From Chiloscyllium plagiosum (taxonomy: Eukaryota), in NCBI RefSeq assembly GCF_004010195.1, contig NC_057752.1, positions 15,457,031-15,521,030 of the forward strand: 64,000 bases of DNA, given 5' to 3'. The translations under genes were made by a program, and so were the position numbers. Position 1 is the first letter of the stretch. Every line of letters begins with the position of its first letter. Under the pieces are notes generated by a model. It was given only the letters and a program-made list of their open reading frames with translations. It did not search any database and was not told where the DNA came from. Below, piece by piece: positions 26,351 through 40,865 of this stretch.

Positions 26351-26826
26351 GTGTTTACGACCCCTATACCCCACCTAGGGTTAAATCAAACAAACCAATT
26401 GCTCTCCATGAATGCAACATTGTACAACACGACTTCCAGGAAAATAACCAGTTACTTTGCAAAAGCATAATATAAGAAAGTAAGAAATTCGGCCCCTCAA
26501 GCCTGCACTGTTATTCAATAAGAACACAGCTGATCTACTCCACAGCTCAAATCCACTTTCCTACTAGCCCCTTGTATTGCTCAACTCACTGATATGTCAA
26601 AAACCAATCCAGCCCGTCTATAAATACATGCAGTGACCCAGCCCCCACAACTCTCTGGGTTATGAAATTCCAGATATTCACTACCTTCTGAGATAAGACG
26701 TTTCTTTACATCCCATTTTGAAATCGGTATCCCTTATTGTGTATCTATGTTTCCGATTTTGAGACTCTGACCAGGTGTAGAACCACATTGTCAGAATGTA
26801 CATTGCCAAGCCCTCTCTGTACCTTG

Positions 26827-27400
26827 GAGAAAGTGAGGACTGCAGATGCTGAAGATCAGAGCTGAAAAATGTGTTGCTAGAAAAGTGCAGCAGGTCAGGT
26901 AGCATCCAAGGAGCAGGAGAATCGACGTTTCGGGCATAAGCCATTCTTCAGGAATGAGGAAGGTGTGCCAAGCAGGCTAAGATAAAAGGTAGGGAGGAGG
27001 GACTTGGGCGAGGGGGGTTGGGAATGCGATAGGTGGAAGGAGGTTAAGGTGAGGGTGATAGGCCAGAGAGGGGGTGGGGCGGAGAGGTCGGGAAGAAGAT
27101 TGCAGGTCAAGAAGGCGGTGCTGAGTCCGAGGGTTGGGACTGAGATAAGGTGGGGGGAGGAGAAATGAGGAAGCTGGAGAAATCTGCATTCATCCCTTGT
27201 GGTTGGAGGGTTCCTAGGCGGGAGCTGAGGCGCTTTTCCTCCAAGCATCGTGTTGCCATGGTCTGGCGATGGACGATGACTGGAGGAAGAGTGCCTCATC
27301 TTTCGCCGAGGAACCCTCCAACCACAAGGGATGAATGCCGATTTCTCCAGCTTCCTCCTTTCCCCTCCCCCCACCTTATCTCAGTCCCAACCCTCGGACT
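26827..27400 (-). mobile_element. Penelope (Neptune-like) 3' fragment with an inverted terminal duplication
   Basis: Same tail as 39594-40000. 27277-27400 is an inverted copy of ~27122-27240 (LEEECLIFRRGTLQPQGMNADFSSF on +). Confidence 0.9.
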
Positions 27401-30400
27401 CTACAGACTTTATAGCTCCACATGCTGGGAAGATAACTGATCCTGTTTTACAGTTCAATCCATTGAGTCGTTGTGCATTCCTCTATATGCTGGGAGGTTA
27501 ACTGCTCCTGGTTTGCGATTCATTGTTCAGTGTGCGTTGTACACAGCTCTTCATGCAATGAGGGTAACTGCTCCAGGTTTACAGTGCAATGCACTAGGGT
27601 GGTATACACAGCTCGACATGCTGGAAGGATCACTGCTGTACACACCTCTACATGCTGGGAGGACGACAGCTCCTGGTTAACAGTTCAACGTACTGGGGTG
27701 GTGTACACAGCTCTACATGCTGGGATGATAACTGATCCTGTTTTGCAGTTCAATCCACTGTTTAGAGATCAGTGCGCTGGGATTGTGTGAACAGCTTTAC
27801 TTGCTGGGAGGGTAACTGATCCATGTTTGCACTTCAATGTACTGGGGCGTTTTACAAAGCGCTACATACTGTCAAGATAACTGCTCCTGGTTTAGCAATC
27901 AAAGCCCTGTGTTTGATTCAGCAGCTCTACATGCTGGGAGGGTAACTTCTCCTTGTTTAGAGATCAGTGCACCACTGGGGGTGGTGGGGAGTGCACACAG
28001 CTCTACATGCAGGGAGGGTAACTGCTCCTGTGGTCCAGTTCATTGTACTGAGGTGGTGTACAAAGTTCTACATGCAGGGAGGGCTCCTGGATTACAGTTC
28101 AATACATTGGAGCATTGTACACAGCTCTACATGATGGGAGGGTAACTACCCCTGGTTTGCACTACAATGCCTTGGGGCATTGTACTAAGTTATACAGGCT
28201 GACAGTTTAACTGCTCCTGGGTTACAGTTCATTGTATTGGTGTGGTGGACACGTTCTACATGCTGTGAGGGTAACTGCGCCTGGTTTACAGTTCAATGCA
28301 CTGGGGTGTTATACACAGCTCGACATGCTGAGATGCTGACTGTTCCTGGTTCAGTTACAGTTCAATGAACTGCTGCGTTGAACACTGCTCTGCATGCTGG
28401 GAGTTTAGCTGTTTCTGGTTTACAACGCAATGCACTGGGGTGGTGTACACAGCTCTACATGCTTGGAAGGAAACTGCTCCTGGATTGCAGTTCAATACAT
28501 TGGAGCGTTGTACGCAGCTCTACATGATGGGAGGGTAACTACCCCTGGTTTGCACTACAATGCCTTGGGGCATTGTACTAAGTTATACAGGCTGACAGTT
28601 TAACTGCTCCTGGGTTACAGTTCATTGTATTGGGGTGGTGTACACGTTCTACATGCTGTGAGGGTAACTGCTCCTGGTTTACAGTGCAATGCACTGGGTT
28701 GGTGTACACAGCTCTATATGCTGAAAGGGTAACCGCTCTTAGATTACATCTCAATACATTGTGGCGTTGTACGCAGCTCTACACGCTGGAAGTGTAACTG
28801 CTCCTGGGTTACAGTTCATTGTACGGGGGTGGTGTACAATGTTCTACATGCTGTGAGCGCAACTGCTCCTGGTTTACAGAGCAATGCACTGGGTTGGTGT
28901 ACGCAGCTGGGAGGTTAACTGCGCCTGGTTTAACATTCGTTGCACTATGGGCGTTATACACAGTTCCACATGCTGTGAAGCTGACTGCTCCTCGTTTACA
29001 GTGCAATGCATTGGGTTGGTGTGCACAGCTCTACAACCTGAGAGGGTTCCCGTTCAATGCACTGTGGTGTTGTACGCAGTGTTCAACATGCTGGGAGAAT
29101 AACTTACATCTGTTTCATGGAATGTGATGGTGTATAAAGCTCTACATGCTGCGAGTGGAACTGCCACTGGATTACTGTTCATTCTACTGGGGTGGTGTAC
29201 ACAGTTCTACCTGCTAGGGGGGGGGGGGGGGGTACCTTCTCCAGTTTTACATTTCAATGTCATGGGACATCGTACACATCTCTACATGCTTGGAGGACGA
29301 CAGTTCCTGGTTAACAGTTCAACGTACTGGGGTGATGTACACAGCTCTACATGCTGGGATGATAACTGATCCTGTTTTACAGTTCAATCCACTAGTTCGT
29401 TGTGCACTCCTCTATATGCAGGGAGGATAACTGCTCCTGGTTTAGAGATCAATGCACTGTTGTTGGGTCGGCAGCTCTACGTGCTGGGAGGGTAATGTCG
29501 CCTTGTTTCGAGTTCAGTGCACTGGCGGTGGTGGGGGGTGGGGAGGTGTACGCTGCTGTACATGCCAGTAGGGTAACGGATCCAGGTTTACCGTTCAATG
29601 CACTGGTGTGGTGTACACAGCTCTACTTGCTGGGATTGAAATTGCACCTGGATTACAGTTCAATACATTGGAGCATTCTACACAGCTCTACATGCTGGGT
29701 GGGTAACTGCTCCTGGTTTACAGTTCCATGCCTTGGGGCGTTGTACAAAGTTATACATGCTGACAATGAACTGCTCCTGGGTTACAGTTCATTGTCGTGG
29801 GGTGGTGCACAAGGTTCTACATGCTGTGAGGGTAACTACTCCTGGTTTACAGTTCAATGTACTCGGGCGTTTTACACAGTTCTACACGCTGGAAGTGTAA
29901 CTGCTCCTCGTTTACTGTTCAATATAGTGGGCCATTGTACACAGCTCTACATGCTAGGAGGGTAACTGATTCAGGTTTGCAGTTCAATGCACTGGGTTAG
30001 TGTACCCAGCTCTACATGCTGTGAGGAAGTCTGCTCCTGATTTACAGTTCAATGCACTGCTGTCCTGTACACAGCTTGACATGCTATGAGGGTAACTGCT
30101 TCTGGTTTACAGTCCAATTCACTGGGCGTTATACACAGCTCGACATGCTGGGAGGATGACTGCTTCTGTTGTACAGTTCAATCCACATGTGCGTTGTTCG
30201 CTGCTCTCCATGCTAGGAGGGTAATTGCTCTTGGTTTACAGTTGAATGCACTAGGGCGTTATACACAGCACTACATGTTGGGAGGATGACTGCTCCTGTT
30301 TTACAGTTCAATCCACTGGGGCATTGTTCACTGCTCTACATTCTGTGAGTGTAACTGCTCTTGGTTTACAGTTCAATTCACTGGTTTGGCGTATGCAATG

Positions 30401-33400
30401 CATGCAATGAGGTTAACGGGTCTAGGTTTAAAGGTCAATGCACGAGGTTGGTGTACACAGCTCTCCATGCTGGGAGGGTAATTGCTCCAGGTTTACTGTT
30501 CAATGCACTGGAGCATTGTACACAGCTCAACATGATGGGATGATAACTGCTCCTGGTTTACAGTTCAATGAACTGGTACTTTGAACACTGCTCTACATGC
30601 TGGGAGTTTAGCTGCTCCTGATTTTCAGATCGATGCACTGGGGTGGTGTGCACAGCTCTATATGCTGGGAAGGAAACTGCTCCTGGATTACAGTTCAATA
30701 CATTGTGGCGCTGTACGCAGCTCTACACGCTGGGAGGGTAACTACTCCTGTTTTAATGCCCAATGCCTTGGGGCGTTGTACAAAGTTATACACGCTGACT
30801 GTGTTACTGCTCCTGGGTTACAGCTCATTGTCGTTGGGTTATGTACAAAGTTCTACATGCGTGAGGGTAACTGCTCCTGGTTTACAGATCAATGGACTGT
30901 GGTGGTGTACACAGCTCTACATGCTGGGAGATAAGCTGCTCCTGGATTGCAGTTCAATACATTGGAGCGTCGTACGCAGCTCTACATGCTGGGAGGAGAA
31001 CAATTCCTGGTTTACAATTCAAAGCCTTGGGGCGTTGTACAAAGTTAGACATGCTGATAGTGTAACTGCCCCTGGGTTCCAGTTCATTGTAGTGGGGTTG
31101 TGCACAAAGTTCTACATGCTGTGAGGGTAACTTCTCCTGGTTTACAGTGCAATGCACTGGTGTTGTGTATACAGCTGTACATGCTGAGTGGGAAGCTGCT
31201 CTTGGATTACATCTCAATACATTGTGGCGTTGAACGCAGCTCTACATGCTGGGAGGTTAACTGCTCCTGGCTTGCTTCTCTACATGGTGGTACGGTGATT
31301 GCTCCTGGTCGACAATTCATTGCACTGTGGGCGTTGTACACAGCTCTACATGCAATGAGGGTAAGTGATCAAGATTTACAATTCAATGCACTGGGTTGGT
31401 GTACACAGCGCTACATGCTGGGAGAGTAATTGCACCTGGGTTACCTGGATTGAACTTTTCCTTGTTTAGGGTTCAATGTATTGGGGCGTTGTATACAGCT
31501 CTGCATGCAATGAGGGTAACTGATCAAGGTTTACGGTTTAATGCACTGGGGTGGTATACACAGCTCTACATGCTGCGAGGGTAACTTCTCCTGGTTCAAC
31601 GCACTAGGGCGTTGGACAAAGTTCCACATGCTGTGAGGGTACCTGCTCCTGGATTACAGTGCAATGCACTGTGGGCGTTGCACACAGCTCTACATGCAAT
31701 GTGGGTAACTGAACAAGATTTACAGTTCAATTCACAGGGGTGGTGTGCACAACTTTACATGCTGGGAGAATAACTGCACCTGCTTTACTGTTTAATGGAA
31801 TGTGGTGGTGTACAAAGCTCTACATGCTGCGAGGGGAACTGCTCCTGGATTACAGTTCATTCTACTGGGGTGGTGTACACAGTTCTACATGCTGGGCGGG
31901 GGCAACTTCTCCAGTTTTATATTTCAATGTCATGAGACATCGTACACACCTCTACTGTCTGTGAGGACGACTGCTCCTGGTTAACAGTTCAACGCACTGG
32001 GGTGGTGTACACAGCTCTACATGCTGGGATGATAACTGATCCTGTTTTACATTTCAATCCAGTGTTTCGTTGTGCACTCCTCTACATGCTGGGAGGTGAA
32101 CTGCTCCTGGTTCACAATTCATTGCACTGTGGGCGTTGTACACAGCTCTGCATGCAATGAGGGTAACTGATCAAGGTTTACCGTTTAATGCAGTGGGGTC
32201 GTGTATACAGCTCGACATGCTGGATGGGTAACCACTTCTGGTTTACAATTCATTGCACTTTGGGCGTTGTACACAGTTCTGCATGTAATGAGGGTTACTA
32301 CTCCAGGTTTTCAGTGCAATGCACTGGGGTGGTGTACACATCTTGACATGCTGGGAGGATGACTGCTCCTGGCTTAGATATCAATGTGCTGCGGTGGTGT
32401 GAAAAGCTCTACTTGCTGGGAGGGTAACTGATCTATGTTTGCACTTCAATGCACTGGGGCGTTTTACAGAGGTCTACGTGCTGGCAAGGTAACTGCTCCT
32501 CGTTTACAGATCAGTGCACTGCATTTGTGTACATCTCTCTGCATGCTGGTACGGTAACTGCTCCTGGTCTACACTTCATTGCACTGTGGGTGTTGTACAC
32601 AGCTCGACATGCAATGAGGGTAAGTGATCAAGGTTTACAGTTCAATGCACTGGGGTGGTGCACACAGTCTACATGCTGGGAGCGTAACTGCTCCGGGTTT
32701 ACAGTTCAATGCACTGGTGAGGTGTACACAGCTCTACACGCGGGAGAGTAACTCCTCCTTGTTTAGAGTTCAATGCACTGCTGCGTTGTATAGAGTACTA
32801 AAAGCTGGGAGTGCAACTGCTCCTTGATTACAATTCATTGTACTTTGGTTGTATGCAAAGGTCTACATGCTTTGAGAGTAACTGCTCCTGGTTGACAGTG
32901 CAATTCACTGGGTTGGTGTACACAGTTCTACATGCTGGGAGGGCAATTGTTCCTGGTTTACAGTTCAATACAGTGGGACATTGTACACAGCTGTACATGC
33001 TAGGAGGATAACGGCTCCTGGTTTACAGCTCAAAGCACTGAGGTCCATTACACAGCTCGACATGCTGTGAGGGTAATTGCACCTGTGTTGCCGTTCAATG
33101 CACTGTGGGCGTTGTATACAGCTCTGCATGCAATGAGCGCAACTGATCAAGGTTTACAGTTCAATGAACGGGGTTGGTGTACACAGTTCTACATGCTGGG
33201 AGGTTAACTGCTCCTGGTTTACATTTCAATGCACTGAGGCGTTGTACAAAGTTCCACATGCTGTAAGGGTAACTGCTCCTGGTTTACAGTTCAATGCCTT
33301 GGGGCGTTGTACAAAGTTATGCATGCTGACAGTGTAATTGCTCCTGGGTTACAGTTCATTGTCGTGGGGTGGTGTACAAAGTTCTACATGCTTGGATTAC

Positions 33401-35801
33401 AGCTCAATACATTGTACGCAGCTCTACATGCTGGGAGGTTAACTGCTCCTGGTTTACAGTTCAAAGCATTGGGGCTTTGTACACAGTTCCACATGCTGTG
33501 AGGGTAACTGCTCCTGGCTCCTGGTTGACAGTGCAATGCACTGGGTTGCTGTACGCAGCTCTACATGTTGTTATGGTAACTGCTCCTGGTTTACAATTCA
33601 TTTGCACCTTTGGTGTTGTACACAGCTCTATGTACAATGAGGGTAACTGAAGAAAATTTACAGTTCAATGCACTGGGGTTTTGTACATAAAAATACATGC
33701 TGGGAGGGTAACTGCTCCTGGATTATAGATCAATGCACTGGGGTGGTGTACACAGCTCTACGTGATGGAAGGGTACATGCTCCTGGTTTACATTTCATTG
33801 CACTGGAACGGTGTACATAGCTGTGCATGCTGGGAAGCTAACTGTTCCTGATTTCCAGTTCAGTGTTCTGGGGTGGTGAAGAAAACTCTACTTGCTGGGA
33901 GGGTAACTGCCCAGGTGTACAGGTCAATGCACTGCGTTGGTGAACTCAGCTCCACATGGTGGGTGGACAATTGCCCCTGATTTCCACTTCAGTTCCCTTG
34001 GGAGATTTACACCGTTCTACATGCTGGGAGAGCAACTGCTCCTGGTTTACAGAACAATGCACTGTGGTAGTGTACAGTGCTTCGCATGTTCTGAGGGTAA
34101 CTGCTCCTGGATTATAGATCAATGCACTGGGGTGGTGTACACAGCTCTACATGATAGAATGGTACATGCAACTGGTTTACAGTTCAATGCACTGGGGTCG
34201 TGTACACAGCTCTACAACCTCGAAGGGTAACTGATCCAGGTTTACAGATCAATGCACTGGGATAGTGTACAAAGCTCCACATACTGGGAGAGTAAATAAT
34301 CCTTCTTTAGACATCAATTCACTGGGTGGTGAACTGAGCTCTACATGCTGGCAAGGTAACCACTCGTGATTTACAGTTCAATGCACTGGGGTGGTGTACA
34401 CAGCTGTACATGCTGTGAGAGTAACTGCTCCTTGATTACAGTTCAATGCACTGGGGTGGTGTACACTGCTCTACATGTTGGGAAGTTAACTGCTTCTGGG
34501 TTGCAGCTCAATGCATTGGGGCGTTGTCCACATCTCGGCATGCTCGAGGATAACTGCTCCTGGTTTACACTTCAATGCACTGGGGCGTTGTTACATAGCT
34601 CTACATGCTGGGAGGGTAACTGCTCAGGTGTGCAGTTCAATGCACTGATGTAGTGTACACAGCTCTACATCTTGGGAGGGTAACCATTCCTGGTTTACAG
34701 ACCAACGCACTGGGGTGGTGTACACAGCTCTACATGCTGGGAGGGTAACTGCACCTGGTTTACAGTTCAATGCACTGGAATGGTGCTCATAGCCTTACAT
34801 GATGGCAGGGCAAATGCACCTGGTTTACATTTCCTGCACTGGGGTGGTGTACACAGCTGTGCATGCTGGTTAGCTAACTGCTCCTGATTTCCAGTTCAGT
34901 GCTCTGGGGTGGTGTATACAGCTCTACATGCTGAAAGGGCAACTGCCCAGATTTGCAGATCGATGCGCTGTGGTAGTGTATGCAGTTCTACATGGTGGGA
35001 GGTGGCCTCTGCTTTCCACTTCAATTCCCTTGGAGGTTTTACACAGATCTACATGCTGGGAGGGTAACTGCTCCTGTTTTGCAGATCAATGCACTGGGGT
35101 GGAGTACACAGCTATGCATGCTGGAATGATAACTGCTCCTGGTTTACACGTCAACGAACTGGTGTGGTGTATACAGCTCTACAATGCTGGGAAGTTAACT
35201 GCTCCTCGTTTGCATTTCAATGCTCTGGGCGTTGAACACAGCTCTGCATGCTGCGAAGTTACCTGCTCATGTTTTGCAGTTCAGTGCCCTGGTGTGGTGT
35301 ACACAGCCCTACATGCTGGAAGGTTGCCTCCTCCTTATTTATATTTCTATGCACTGGGGCGTTGTACACAGCTCTACATGCTCCTGGGTTACCGTTCAGT
35401 TCAATGGGGCTTTACGCCACACTAACAGGAATCCGATTCACGAGAGAAGAAGAAAAGGATAACCAACTCCCATTCCTAGACGTGATGGTACAGAAAACAC
35501 CGAACGGAGAATTCACCACAAAGGTACACTGGAAAGCCACACACACAGACCAAGTCCTGAATTATGAAAGCAACCACCCCAACACACACAAACGAAGTTG
35601 CATCAAGACACATTTCATCAACAGATGCCTAAGAGAAAGACAACGGAACGAGGACATGCCGCAACCCAAAGGACTCGCCACACTACCATCCATCAGGAGC
35701 ATTTCAGAACTGACAGCCAGACTACTACGGCCACTAGGACTTATAACAACACACAAACCAACAGCCACACTCAGACAACAACTCACCAGAACGAAGGACC
35801 C

Positions 35802-35855
35802 NNNNNNNNNNNNNNNNNNNNNNNNNNNNNNNNNNNNNNNNNNNNNNNNNNNNNN
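35802..35855. other. Assembly gap (N run)
   Basis: 54 N. Confidence 1.
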
Positions 35856-36059
35856 ATAGGGCAAGCCAGACAGAGAACAGCCAGGGAATTCCTAGAAGAA
35901 TGTCACTCATCCACAACTCCATCAACAAACACATTGACCTGGACCCAATATACCGGCCACTACAGTGGACAGCTGAAACTGACAACCGGAAGTGGCAGGG
36001 ACAGGCCACTATAAATGCCGGAGGAAACACCACAGAAGCGCTTCACAGGAGGCTCCCAA

Positions 36060-36099
36060 GCACTGAGGATGTCACCTAGACAGGGGACGAAACCTTTGC
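36060..36099 (+). ncRNA. Minimal hammerhead ribozyme motif (Penelope), stem III mutated
   Basis: GCA-CTGAGGA-TGTCACCTagacAGGGGAC-GAAAC-CTT-TGC. Confidence 0.6.
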
Positions 36100-39000
36100 A
36101 ACAAAAATTTCCAGCTCGGCGAACAGAACCACAACAATGGGGCTTTCTACGCAGTTCTACATACAGGGAGGGTCACTAATCCTGGTTTACGTTCACGGCA
36201 ATGGGGCGTTGTACACAGCTCGAGATGATGTGATTGCAACTGTTCCTCGTTTTTACACGAATGCGCTACATTGGAGTACACATATCTATACGCTGTGAGG
36301 GTAACTGGTTCTGCTTTACAGTTCAAGTCACGAGGGCGTTTTATACAGTTACATATGCTGGAGGCTAACTGCTCATAGTTTACAGTTCAATGCAATGGGG
36401 TGGTGCACACTGCTCTACATGGTGGGAGGGTAACTGCTCCTACTTTGCAGACCAATTCACTGGGTGATGCACACAGCAGTTCATGCCAGTATGGTAACCG
36501 CTCCCTGTTTACATTTCAATGCACTTGGGCGTTGTACAAAGCACTACATGCTGGGAGGGTAACTGATCCAGATTTACACTTCAATGCACTGGTATACACA
36601 ACTCTACATGCTGGAAGGGTAACTGATCCAGATTTGCAGTTCCATGATGTGGGGCGTTGTACACAGCTCTACATTGTGGGAGGATAATTACCTCTGATTT
36701 CTACTTCTATTCCCTTGGGATTTTGAGCAGATCTACATGCTGGGAGGGCAACTGCTCCTGTTTTACAGATCAATGCACTGGGGAAATGGACAGAACTCTA
36801 CAAACTGAGAATATAACTGCTCCTGGTTTACACGTCAACCAACTGGTGTGGTGTACACAGCTCTACAATGCTGGGAGGATAACTGCTCCTGATTTTCATT
36901 TTGATGCACTGGAGCGTTGTACGCATCTCTGCATGCTGGGAGAGGAAGAGTTCCTGGTTAACAATTAAATGCACGACGGTGATTTACACAGGTCTAACTG
37001 CTTGCAAAGTAACGGTTCCTGGTTGACAGTTCAATGCAGTGTGGTGGTGTACACAGCTGTACATGCTGGGTGGGTAACTGCTCCTGGATTATGGTTCAAT
37101 GTGCTGGGGTGGTGTACAAAGCTCGACATACTATGACGGCAAATGCTCCTGCTTTACAGTTCATTGCATTGGCGTGGTGTACATAGCCATATATGCTGGG
37201 AAGGTATCTGCTCCTGGTTTACAGTTCAATGCACTGGGATGTCCGACTCAGGTCTACATGCAGGGAGGGTAACTGCTCCTGGCTTGCAGTTCACTGCCCT
37301 GGGGCGTTGCACACAACTCTACATGCTGTAATGGTACCTGCTCTTGGTTTACAGTTCAATGCGCGACGTTGGTGTACACAGCTCTACATGTCCTGAGGGA
37401 AGTTGAATACAGCTCTACATGCTGCGAGGGTAACTGCTCCTGCTTTACAGTTCGTTGCATTGGGCTGGTGTACACAGCTCTATATGCTGGCAGGGTACCT
37501 ACCCACGCTTCACATTTCTATGCCCTGGGGCATTGTACACAGCTCTACATGCTGGGAGGGTAAATGCTCCTGCTTTACAGCTCGTTGCATTGGGGTGGTG
37601 TCCACCGCTCTGCATGCAGGGAAGGTAACTGTTCCTGGGTTACCGTTCAGTGCACTGTGTCAGTTCTACATGCAGGGAGGGTCACTGATCCTGCTTTATA
37701 GTTCACTGCAATGGGGCATTGTACACAGCTCTGTGTGATCAGTGGTTAACTGGTCCTGGTTTACAGTTCAAGCCACGAGGACGTTGTACATAGCTCCACA
37801 TGCTGGGGGCTAACTGCTTCTGGTTTACAGTTCAATGCAATGGTGTGCTGCACACAGCGCTAAATGCTAGGAGGGTAACTGTTCCTGCCTTGCAGACAAA
37901 TTCATCGGGGTGATACACATAGCTAGTAGGGTACAAGCTAGTAGGGTAACTTCTCCCGGTTTACACTTCAAGGCACTTGGGCGTTGTACAAAGCTTTCGA
38001 TGCTGGGAGGGTAACCGCTCCAGATTTACAGTTCAATGCAGTAGTGTACACAAATCTTCATACTGGAAGGGTCACTGATCCTGGTTTGCAGTTGAATGAT
38101 GTGAGGCATTGTACACAACTCTACATGGTGGTAGGATAATTGACTCTGATTTCCACTTCAATTCCCTTAGGAGCTTTACGGAGATCTACATGCTGGGAGG
38201 ACAGCTGCTCCTGTTTTACAAATCAATGCAAAGGGATGGTGTACAGAACTCTACAACCTGGTAGAATAACTGCTCCTGGTTTACACCTCAACCAACTGGT
38301 ATGGTGTACACAACTCTACATTCTGGAAAGGTAACTCATCCTGGTTTACAGTTCAATGCACAGGGGGGTTCTACGCAGCTCTACATGCAGGGAAAGTAAC
38401 TGCTCCTGGCTTACAGTTCACTGCCCTGGGTCGTTGCACACAGCTCTACTTGCTGTGAGGGTACCTGCTCTTGGTTTACCATTCAATGTGCGATGTTGGT
38501 GTACACAGCTCTACATTCCGTGAGAGGAACAGTTCCTGGTTTGCAGTTCAATGCACGAGGGCGTTGAATACAGCTCTACATGCTGAGAGGGTAACTGCTC
38601 CTCGTTTACAGTTCAATGTACTGTGGTACGTGTACACAGCTCTAAATGGTGGGCGGGTAACTACTCTTGGTTTACCTTTCACTACACTGGGATAGTGTAT
38701 ACAATTCGAAATGCTGGGTGAGTAACTTATCCTGGTTTACAGTTCTATACGCTGGGGTGATATACACAGCTCTATATGCTGGGATGGTAACTGCTCCTAG
38801 TTTACATTTCAATGCACTGGGGTGGTGCACACTGCTCTACATGCTGTGCGGGTAACTGCTCCTGGTTTACCGTTCATTGCACTGGGGTGATGTACACAGC
38901 AGTATGTTTTAGTAGGGTAACTACACCTGTTTTACACTTCAATGCACTGGGGCGTTGTACATAGCTCTACATGCTGGGGTGGTAATTGCTCCAGGTTTAC

Positions 39001-39593
39001 ATTTCAATGCACTGGGGTGGTGTACACAGCTCCACATGTTGGGAGGGTAACTGTTCCTGGTTTACAGTTCAATGTACCGGGGTGGTGTAAACAGTTCTAC
39101 ATGCTGGGAGGGTAAATGCACCTGGTTTACAGATCAGTGCACTGTGGTAGTGTACAGAACTGCAACTGGTCCTGTTTTACCGATCAATGCACTGGGGTGG
39201 AGTACACAGCTCCACATGCTGGGAGGATAACTGCTCCTGGTTTACACGTCAAAAAATTGGTGTGGTGTACACAGCTCTACAATGCTAGGAAGTTAACTGC
39301 TCCTAGTTTACGTTTCAATGCTCTGGACGTTGTGCACAGCTCTACATGCCACGAACTTACCTGCTCCTGTTTTGCAATCCAGTGCCCTGGTATGGTGTAC
39401 ACCGCTCTAGATGCTGGAGGGTACCTCCTCCTGCTTTATATTTCTATGCCCTGGGGCATTGTACACAGCTGTACATGCTGGGAGGGTAACTGTTCTTGCT
39501 TTACAGTTCATTGCATTGGGGTGGTTTACACCGCTCTACATGCTGGGAAGATAACTGCTCCTGGGTTACCGATCAGTGCACTGGGGCTTTCTA

Positions 39594-40794
39594 GGAGAAA
39601 GTGAGGTCTGCAGATGCTGGAGATCAAAGTTGAAACTTTATTGCTGGAACAGCACAGCAGGTCAGGCAGCATCCAGTGAACAGGAGATTCGACGTTTCGG
39701 GCACAGGCCCTTCTTCAGGAATGAGCAGAGAGTGTTCAGCAGGAGAAGATAAAAGGTAGGGAGGAGGGACTTGGAGGAGGGGCGTTGGAAATGTGATAGG
39801 TGGAAAGAGGTCAAGGTGAGGGTGATAGGTCGGAGTAGGATGGAGGCGGAGAGGTCAAGAAGAAGACTGCAGGTCAGGAAGGCGGTGCCGGGCTGGAGGG
39901 ATTCGGCTGAGACAAGGTGGGGGGAGGGGGGATGAAGAAACTGGTGAAGTCCAAGTTCATCCCCTGCGGTTGGAGTGTTCCCAGTCGGAAGATAAGACGC
40001 TCCTCCTCCGACCGTCGGGTTGTTGTGGTTTGGCGGTGGATGAGTCCAATGACCTGCATATCCTCGGTGGAGTGGGAGGGGGAGTTGAAATGCTGTGCCA
40101 CAGGTTGGTTGGGTTGGTTCGTCCGGGTGGCCCAGAGGTGCTCTCTGAATCGCTCCGCAAGTAGGCGGCCTGTCTCCCCAATATAGAGGAGGCCACACCG
40201 GCTGCAGCGGATGCAGTAGATGATGTGGGTGGAGGTGCAGGTGAATCTGTGGCGGATATGGAAGTTTCCTTTGGGGCCTTGGAGAGAAGTGAGGGGGGAG
40301 GTGTGGGCGCAAGTGTTGCACCTCCTGCGGTTGCAAGGGAAGGTGCCGGGAGTGGTGGTTGGGTCGGTGGGGGGTGTGGATCTGACAAGGGAGTCGCGGA
40401 GGGAGTGGTCTCTACGGAAAGCTGATAGGGGTGGGGAGGGAAATATATCCTTGGTGCTGGGGTCTGTTTGGAGGTGGCGGAAGTGACGGCGGGTGATGCG
40501 CTGTACATGGAGATTGGTGGGGTGGTAGGTGAGGACCAGTGGGGTTCTGTCCTGGTGGCGGTTGGAGGGGCGGGGCTCAAGGGCGGAGGAGCGGGAAGTG
40601 GAGGAGATGCGGTGGAGGGCACCGTCGACCACGTCGGGGGGGAGATTGCGGTCCTTGTAGAAGGAGGCCATCTGTGTTGTAACTGGTCCTCCTGGGAGCA
40701 GATGCGGCGGAGACGAAGGAATTGGGAGAATGGGATGGCGTTTTTACAGGGGGCAGGATGGGAGGAGGTGTAGTCCAGGTAGCTGTGGGAGTCG
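39594..40794 (-). mobile_element. Penelope (Neptune-like) element: RT thumb + GIY-YIG endonuclease + 3' tail
   Basis: ORF 39874-40671 reads PCNRRRCNTC...IIYCIRCSRCGLLYIGETGRLLAERFREH...GMNLDF. Upstream is AIPFSQFLRLRRICS. Confidence 0.96.
39687..39722 (-). ncRNA. Minimal type I hammerhead ribozyme motif (Penelope)
   Basis: ATTC-CTGAAGA-A-GGGCctgtGCCC-GAAAC-GTC-GAAT. Core, stem I and stem II are intact, and stem III is the palindromic ACGT. Confidence 0.8.
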
Positions 40795-40865
40795 GCAGTT
40801 CTACATGCAGGGAGGGTCACTGATCCTGGTTTACAGTTCACTGCAATGGGGCGTTGTACACAGCT

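Larger units (their letters stand above)
35414..36134 (+). mobile_element. Penelope (Poseidon-like) 5'-truncated element in the satellite
   Basis: Reads GIRFTREEEKDNQLPFLDV...KATHTDQVLNYESNHP and REFLE..HS. Flanked by the 12-bp direct repeat CAATGGGGCTTT (35402-35413, 36135-36146). Confidence 0.93.

Noticed and set aside
39662..40841. Overlapping 224-aa and 294-aa Pro/Ser/Thr-rich ORFs
   Set aside because: These are alternative frames of the C-rich Penelope coding strand. Only the start of the 294-aa frame is real (frameshifted RT).
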